A DNA stretch of 64,000 nucleotides. Source: Candidatus Hodarchaeota archaeon (GTDB lineage: Archaea; Asgardarchaeota; Heimdallarchaeia; Hodarchaeales; Hodarchaeaceae). Shown in pieces: positions 58,801 to 64,000 of this stretch. Location: positions 32,001 to 96,000 of the forward strand of contig JAEOTM010000047.1 in assembly GCA_016839815.1 (NCBI GenBank), given 5' to 3'. The notes below the pieces were generated by a model. The model was given only the letters and a program-made list of their open reading frames with translations, made no database searches and was not told the DNA's origin. Positions within the stretch are counted from its first letter, which is position 1, and each line of letters starts with the position of its first letter. The position numbers and the translations under genes were made by a program.

Positions 58801-59777
58801 ACATGGGAATGCTTATGAAGAATATACTTGTTACAGGGGCTGCAGGACAGATAGGAACTGAATTAGTAACTTCTTTACGTCAACGGTATGGTAAAAATGC
58901 CATAGTAATTGCTACAGGCCGACGTACGCAACTTCCAGCCTATATCAAAAACACTGGTCCCTTTTCTTATCTCAATGTCCTAGATCGAAATCAGTTAGAA
59001 GAACTTGCATTTGAGAACAATATTGACACAATTTACCATATGGCTTCTATTTTGAGTGCTGTTGGGGAGCAGAAACCCCAATTAGCGTGGGATATCAATA
59101 TGAATGGACTGTACAATGTCTTGGAAGTAGCACGCACGTATAACATTAGTGTATTGTGGCCATCATCCATTGCAGTATTTGGTCCTGATACTCCTAAATT
59201 AAATACTCCAAATGACACGATCTTGAAACCTACAACAATATATGGTATTTCAAAAGTTGCTGGAGAACTTCTTGCTGAATATTACTTTCATAAATTCTCC
59301 GTAGATGTCCGATCAGTACGCTATCCTGGAATAATTAGCAGTGAAACCCCTCCAGGTGGAGGAACGACTGATTATGCCGTAGCCATTTATTATGACGCGG
59401 TTCAAAAAGGATCATACACCTGTTTTGTTAGGGAAGACACTACTTTGCCTATGATATATATGCCTGATGCTATTAAAGGCTTGATTGATCTAGCAGAAGC
59501 AGATAATGCTCAATTAACACACCGAATCTTTAATATAGGTTCGATGAGTTTTAGCGCGGGTAAGCTTGCCGATTCAATAAAAGAACTAATTCCTGACTTT
59601 ACTATTCAATATAAACCCGATTTTCGGCAAGAAATTGCTGATTCATGGCCTCAATCAGTTGATGATTCTTTTGCTCGTAGTGAATGGAAGTGGGATCCTA
59701 AATATGATTTACCAAAGATGACCCGGGATATGATAGATCGGTTGCAAAAGAAATTCAATAAAGAGGAGAACTTCTAA
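58797..59777 (+). CDS. Extended-SDR L-threonine 3-dehydrogenase
   Basis: TGAAGQIG, LSAVGE, PSSIAVFG, YGISK, RYPGIIS..PGGGTTDYAV, RQEIADSWP. Likely start is 58814. Confidence 0.85.
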   Translation: MNMGMLMKNILVTGAAGQIGTELVTSLRQRYGKNAIVIATGRRTQLPAYIKNTGPFSYLNVLDRNQLEELAFENNIDTIYHMASILSAVGEQKPQLAWDINMNGLYNVLEVARTYNISVLWPSSIAVFGPDTPKLNTPNDTILKPTTIYGISKVAGELLAEYYFHKFSVDVRSVRYPGIISSETPPGGGTTDYAVAIYYDAVQKGSYTCFVREDTTLPMIYMPDAIKGLIDLAEADNAQLTHRIFNIGSMSFSAGKLADSIKELIPDFTIQYKPDFRQEIADSWPQSVDDSFARSEWKWDPKYDLPKMTRDMIDRLQKKFNKEENF

Positions 59778-60070
59778 CGTCCGAAAATCCGATCAATCCA
59801 TCTTTTCTTCTTAAAATGCTTATGCCATTGCCGTAGTATTTCATCCGCACAATCATACGGTCCTGTAAGAGCATAAAAATCAATACCAACATTGACAGCT
59901 ACCTTATGTAGGAATTGACGATCAATTTGTGCCTCTGTAATATGAATCGTTTTTATTCTTGTTATTGCTTGATAGAAAATGAGTTCGTATCCAGTCTCTA
60001 TTCTTTTCATTTCACAAAAATAATTTTGACTTGATGGTAGCTGAAAGCGAATTTTCTCATCCGAAACCAA
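59774..60070 (-). CDS. Hypothetical protein
   Basis: 98-codon ORF filling a gap; no motif recognised. Confidence 0.5.
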   Translation of the reverse strand: MVSDEKIRFQLPSSQNYFCEMKRIETGYELIFYQAITRIKTIHITEAQIDRQFLHKVAVNVGIDFYALTGPYDCADEILRQWHKHFKKKRWIDRIFGR

Positions 60071-60214
60071 TTGAATCCCATATTAGATTTCTTTTTTCTT
60101 CTTATAACATTTTCTTTTTGATTATGAAAACTAGTTTTACTTACAACTCCTGACAGATATGCTCTTTATTCAGTTAACACTTGATAAAAATTGAAAAAGA
60201 AAGGAATGGATTAA

Positions 60215-61672
60215 TTATACATCCTTCTGTTCCCTTCCTTCCATTAATGGATACTTCCGAAATACAATAGCTCCAAGGATAAGAATAATGCCTGCCACTG
60301 GCCCAACCAATAATAAACCTACTGGGCCTGTATTTAACAATCCAGATTCGGTTGTAAATGTTGAAGACAAGTATTCTCGTCCAAATAATGTAAGTAGAAT
60401 TCCTAACATCAAATCTCCAGCTGCAGCAAAAAACCAGTCTACAACACCCTGTGCAGCAAAATACATAGATTCTCTACGTTGACCTGTTCGTTTTTCATCG
60501 AAGTCGATTACATCAGAGAAAACAGAATATCCCAATACCATAACACCACCAACAGGAATTCCTACTACCAGTATAGTTAGAAAGGCCTGAACAAGCGTAA
60601 AATTTTTCCATGCAGTGCTTGTTACCGCTTGAAGCGTATCATCAGCAGTCATTGTAAACGAAACAGAGTTTTCTGGTGTGATAAAAGGTACCTGACCGAT
60701 AAAAATCAGAAGCCATGTCAATATCCCAAATGATAAACAACAGTAGTAATATAGTTTAGCCTTCCCAATCCGTCTTGAAAGCATTGTAATGATTGGAATG
60801 GATAGAATAGCGGAAACAACAAAGATTCCAGAAATTAAAGATACAAGAAGATCATCTGGAGCTAATCCAATATAATCCTGAGCAATCATCGGTAGAGCAG
60901 CAAGAAGCATAGATTCAGCTAGCATTAGAGTGCTTACTGTAGCTAAGTAGCTGGGAAAAAAACTTTTATTCTTAAATGTCTCCTTGAAAGATTCTATCAT
61001 GCTTAAATGAGCTGTTGCTATATTTGGATTCTCTTGCACTCCGAAAAACACAACTGCCATTCCTATGAACGTTAGGATTGCAATTGGGAGTGTAGCATAA
61101 AAAGCGGTTATTTTAGTCTCCCCATAAGTATCAACAAAAATACCACGTAGTATAGGAAAACTCATTATACCTAGAATTGTTCCTACAAGAACAAAAAATG
61201 TTCGATAGGAATTATACAACGTTCGTTGGTGATCCTCTGGTGCTATTTCAGGTAGAAGGGCTAGATAAGGATTAACAACCGCTGCATTTGTCCAACGGAA
61301 TCCTCCATAGGTGATAAGAAGCCAAACTAAAATCATGAATGTATCTTCAAAAGGACATGCAAATGTTAAAACAAAGAAAAACACCCAGATTGGTGTAAGA
61401 AGAAAGAAAGGCCTTCGTCGACCAAATCTTGTTCGTACATTATCTGAAAATCTAGCAATAGGAACGTTAATTAAACCTTCACTAAGCTTTGCGGTGAAAG
61501 TAACTGTAGTAACAAATAAGGCGTCGAAATCAGAGGGAGTCACCAGCACTTCCCCTAAATAAAAGGCAATAATGAATACATTTAAGACATTCGACATGAT
61601 AGAACTACCAAAATTACCAAATGCCCAAAACCCGCCTTGGTATCGTCGAGGTTTATATTCTGTAACAGTCAT
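60215..61672 (-). CDS. MFS glycoside-pentoside-hexuronide (MelB-like) symporter
   Basis: SDNVRTRFGRRRPF, PYLALLPEI, SDVIDFDEKRTGQRRESMYF. Confidence 0.9.
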   Translation of the reverse strand: MTVTEYKPRRYQGGFWAFGNFGSSIMSNVLNVFIIAFYLGEVLVTPSDFDALFVTTVTFTAKLSEGLINVPIARFSDNVRTRFGRRRPFFLLTPIWVFFFVLTFACPFEDTFMILVWLLITYGGFRWTNAAVVNPYLALLPEIAPEDHQRTLYNSYRTFFVLVGTILGIMSFPILRGIFVDTYGETKITAFYATLPIAILTFIGMAVVFFGVQENPNIATAHLSMIESFKETFKNKSFFPSYLATVSTLMLAESMLLAALPMIAQDYIGLAPDDLLVSLISGIFVVSAILSIPIITMLSRRIGKAKLYYYCCLSFGILTWLLIFIGQVPFITPENSVSFTMTADDTLQAVTSTAWKNFTLVQAFLTILVVGIPVGGVMVLGYSVFSDVIDFDEKRTGQRRESMYFAAQGVVDWFFAAAGDLMLGILLTLFGREYLSSTFTTESGLLNTGPVGLLLVGPVAGIILILGAIVFRKYPLMEGREQKDV

Positions 61673-61725
61673 TTGTGATTCACCAGAGTTTTATTAGAGT
61701 AAATACTTGACTTACTCGAACCAGT

Positions 61726-61738
61726 TATATAAATTTTC
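61726..61738 (-). promoter_or_regulatory. Archaeal BRE/TATA candidate for the GPH transporter
   Basis: Minus strand GAAAATTTATATA about 54 nt upstream of ATG 61672. Confidence 0.45.
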
Positions 61739-61889
61739 ATCCTTTCAATGATTTCGATAATTACTATTCATTTGATACCTAAATCATGAAATAGGGAATA
61801 AAAAAGCCTTTAACTTCCCACTAACTATTCTCATTGTGATATACTCACGATAAGACTAATAATCTTCTTTAAGTTCTAACTTTGTATAA

Positions 61890-62435
61890 ATGAAGTTTCA
61901 ACAAATAATCTCCTTATTCAAAACCTGTGAAATTAATGGAGGTATATGGATCGATGCTGGTTGTGGAAATGGGACTTTTACGTTTCCCTTAGCTACCTTT
62001 GTTGACCAAGTTATTGCAATTGATAAAAATCATAACAATCTAAGCTATTTAGAGTCTAGAAAATCGACAGAGAAGAATATTATAACCCGACATACTGATT
62101 TTAATAAACCTAATTGGTATCATCTGTTAGTAGATGGAATTTTCTTCGGTTTTTCACTACATTATCATCCTAATCATAAGATTGCACTATCTAATGCATT
62201 TAACCAGTTAAAAAAAGGTGGAACGATTCTTATTATTGATTATGCCTCAGGAACTCCTGTATCATGGGTTCCTTATCCTTTACCTGAAGAGAAACTTCGT
62301 TCCATATTAAAAGATTTATCTTTTATAAATATTAAGCTAGTAGATTCACTTCCATCAAAAAGAAGGAGTAGTTATTGGGATAATTCTTCGTATGTTCTAA
62401 AAGCAGAAAACCATGATTTAAAACTAATGCAATAG
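61890..62435 (+). CDS. Class I SAM-dependent methyltransferase
   Basis: IDAGCGNG, IAID, SLHY, LKKGG.ILIIDY. Confidence 0.88.
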   Translation: MKFQQIISLFKTCEINGGIWIDAGCGNGTFTFPLATFVDQVIAIDKNHNNLSYLESRKSTEKNIITRHTDFNKPNWYHLLVDGIFFGFSLHYHPNHKIALSNAFNQLKKGGTILIIDYASGTPVSWVPYPLPEEKLRSILKDLSFINIKLVDSLPSKRRSSYWDNSSYVLKAENHDLKLMQ

Positions 62436-62580
62436 AATTAACCAAATAGACTACAATTTAATAGACTACTTTTTATGATAGATTAAATTATTATCATTAC
62501 TTGAAAATATATACAAATATCCTTTTTGTGGAAACACCAAGCTCTAAAATATTTATTTATTATGTACTGGAGATAGAACT

Positions 62581-64000
62581 ATGAGTAGACTTCCTGATCG
62601 CATTAAAGAGTTACAAGACTTAGCTGAAAATCTGATCTGGGTTTGGAAACCTAAAGCTCGTGAAATATTTAAAATTCTGGATCATCCTGCTTGGCATTCC
62701 ACAGGACATAATCCTGTCCATATGTTACAGATTATTCCACAGGAACGACTTGATGCTGCTGCGACTGACCCATCATTTCTAAAAAAATACGATTCCATGA
62801 TCCACAATTACCATTCTATCTTAGAAACACAAGATACATGGTTTTCAAAGGAGTTTCCTGAATACAAAGGAAAAATTGCTTATCTTTCCACTGAATATGG
62901 ATTACATCAGTCACTACCAATATATTCAGGCGGTCTAGGGATTCTGAGTGGTGATCATGTTAAGGAGAGTAGTGATTTAGGATTACCCTTTGTGGGTGTA
63001 GGTTTCGTTTACCCTCAAGGTTATTTTAAACAAAGAATTCCAAGAAATGGGTGGCAACAAGCAGAATATGAGAATATTGACTTTTCTAAATCGCCGATAA
63101 AACCAGTCCAAGCGAATGGTGACTCTCAACTTACAATTGAACTCCAATATCCAACCTCTCTCTTCTTACGCGTGTGGAGTATGAACGTAGGTCGAACTCC
63201 GATTTATCTTATGGATACAGATATAGAGCAGAATCAACCTTGGGATCGAGGATTGTCAGCTCGTTTGTATGGGGGAGACAGAGAAATGCGTATCAGACAG
63301 GAAATTGTCTTAGGATTTGGGGCTTTGAAAATCCTTTCCCATTTAGGCCATAATCCTGACGTGTATCATCTTAATGAAGGCCATACATCTTTTTCAGCCT
63401 TAGAACTACTACGACAAGAAATGCTTGGCAATGGATTGTCATTTGATGAAGCTAAGGAAGATGTTAGAAAAAAAGTAGTATTTACAACTCACACACCAGT
63501 TGCTGCTGGTCATGATCAATTTTCTTTTGAGCTTGTATCTAAATACTTCCAGAATTTCTGGGAAAGTTTAGGAATAAGTCGAGAGGATTTCTTATCTCTT
63601 GGTGCATTCGACTGGGGCTATGGAGATGGTCCACGGTTTAATATGACTACATTGGGAATCCGTTTAAGTCGTTATCAAAACGCCGTTTCCAAGCTAAACG
63701 GGGAAGTTAGTCAAGAAATGTGGAAAGATCTTTACTCCAGTCCAGAATTTCGAGACCGTTCTCCTTTAGCGTATGTAACCAATGGTGTACATGTTCCTAC
63801 ATGGGTAAGTGGACCTTTTCAAAATCTTTACACAAAATATTTGGGGAAGAATTGGCTCCGTCAACAAGATGATCATGATATCTGGGAAAAAATTGATAAT
63901 ATTCCTAATGTAGAATTATGGAACACCCGTCAAGAAGCTCGTAAACGGATGTTTTCATTTCTTCGCGAAAAAACTCGTGCACATCGTATTCAAGGTGACC
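62581..64000 (+). CDS. glgP: Alpha-glucan (glycogen/maltodextrin) phosphorylase, truncated by the window edge
   Basis: Not in the track. MSRLPDRIKELQDLAENLIWVW.., HNPV, EYGLHQSLPIYSGGLGILSGDH.KE.SDLG, LYGGD, HLNEGH, FTTHTPV.AGHD, TNGVH. Confidence 0.95.
   Translation, partial: MSRLPDRIKELQDLAENLIWVWKPKAREIFKILDHPAWHSTGHNPVHMLQIIPQERLDAAATDPSFLKKYDSMIHNYHSILETQDTWFSKEFPEYKGKIAYLSTEYGLHQSLPIYSGGLGILSGDHVKESSDLGLPFVGVGFVYPQGYFKQRIPRNGWQQAEYENIDFSKSPIKPVQANGDSQLTIELQYPTSLFLRVWSMNVGRTPIYLMDTDIEQNQPWDRGLSARLYGGDREMRIRQEIVLGFGALKILSHLGHNPDVYHLNEGHTSFSALELLRQEMLGNGLSFDEAKEDVRKKVVFTTHTPVAAGHDQFSFELVSKYFQNFWESLGISREDFLSLGAFDWGYGDGPRFNMTTLGIRLSRYQNAVSKLNGEVSQEMWKDLYSSPEFRDRSPLAYVTNGVHVPTWVSGPFQNLYTKYLGKNWLRQQDDHDIWEKIDNIPNVELWNTRQEARKRMFSFLREKTRAHRIQGD

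Noticed and set aside
1-64000. CRISPR arrays, IS elements/integrases, rRNA/tRNA, selenoprotein read-through
   Set aside because: No regularly spaced repeats, transposase motifs, GC-rich structural RNA blocks or TGA-interrupted redox ORFs were seen by eye.

Overview
AT-rich, gene-dense archaeal chromosome segment with about 55 CDS. No rRNA, tRNA, CRISPR array or transposase was recognised. The archaeal-type TyrRS, form III RuBisCO, AMP phosphorylase and PGF-CTERM-like surface proteins, together with a longin domain and a small GTPase, point to an Asgard archaeon, probably Heimdallarchaeia/Hodarchaeales-like (inference). Most genes fit an anaerobic peptide, amino-acid, nucleoside and glycan scavenger: HypD hydroxyproline dehydratase with its activase, 4-hydroxybutyryl-CoA dehydratase, methionine gamma-lyase, two non-homologous threonine dehydrogenases, an M14 peptidase, a GH130 enzyme and a glucan phosphorylase. 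The best candidate for an undescribed system is the 43-54 kb locus. It holds a co-directional run of small GTPase, tandem winged-helix protein, amidohydrolase, a 1002-aa GCS2/carboxylate-amine ligase with a Lys/Pro linker, and a CDC48-N + vWA protein, opposite a divergent HerA-like ATPase with a Zn-finger tail. This may be a reversible amide-tagging (writer/eraser/reader) module. Other highlights are a tandemly duplicated, surface-anchored metallophosphoesterase + sulfite-oxidase-family pair whose Mo genes share a 15-nt upstream motif, an MFS-longin fusion, an SSUH2-like Zn-finger membrane protein and a bactofilin-like protein. All calls come from reading motifs by eye; no database searches were run.
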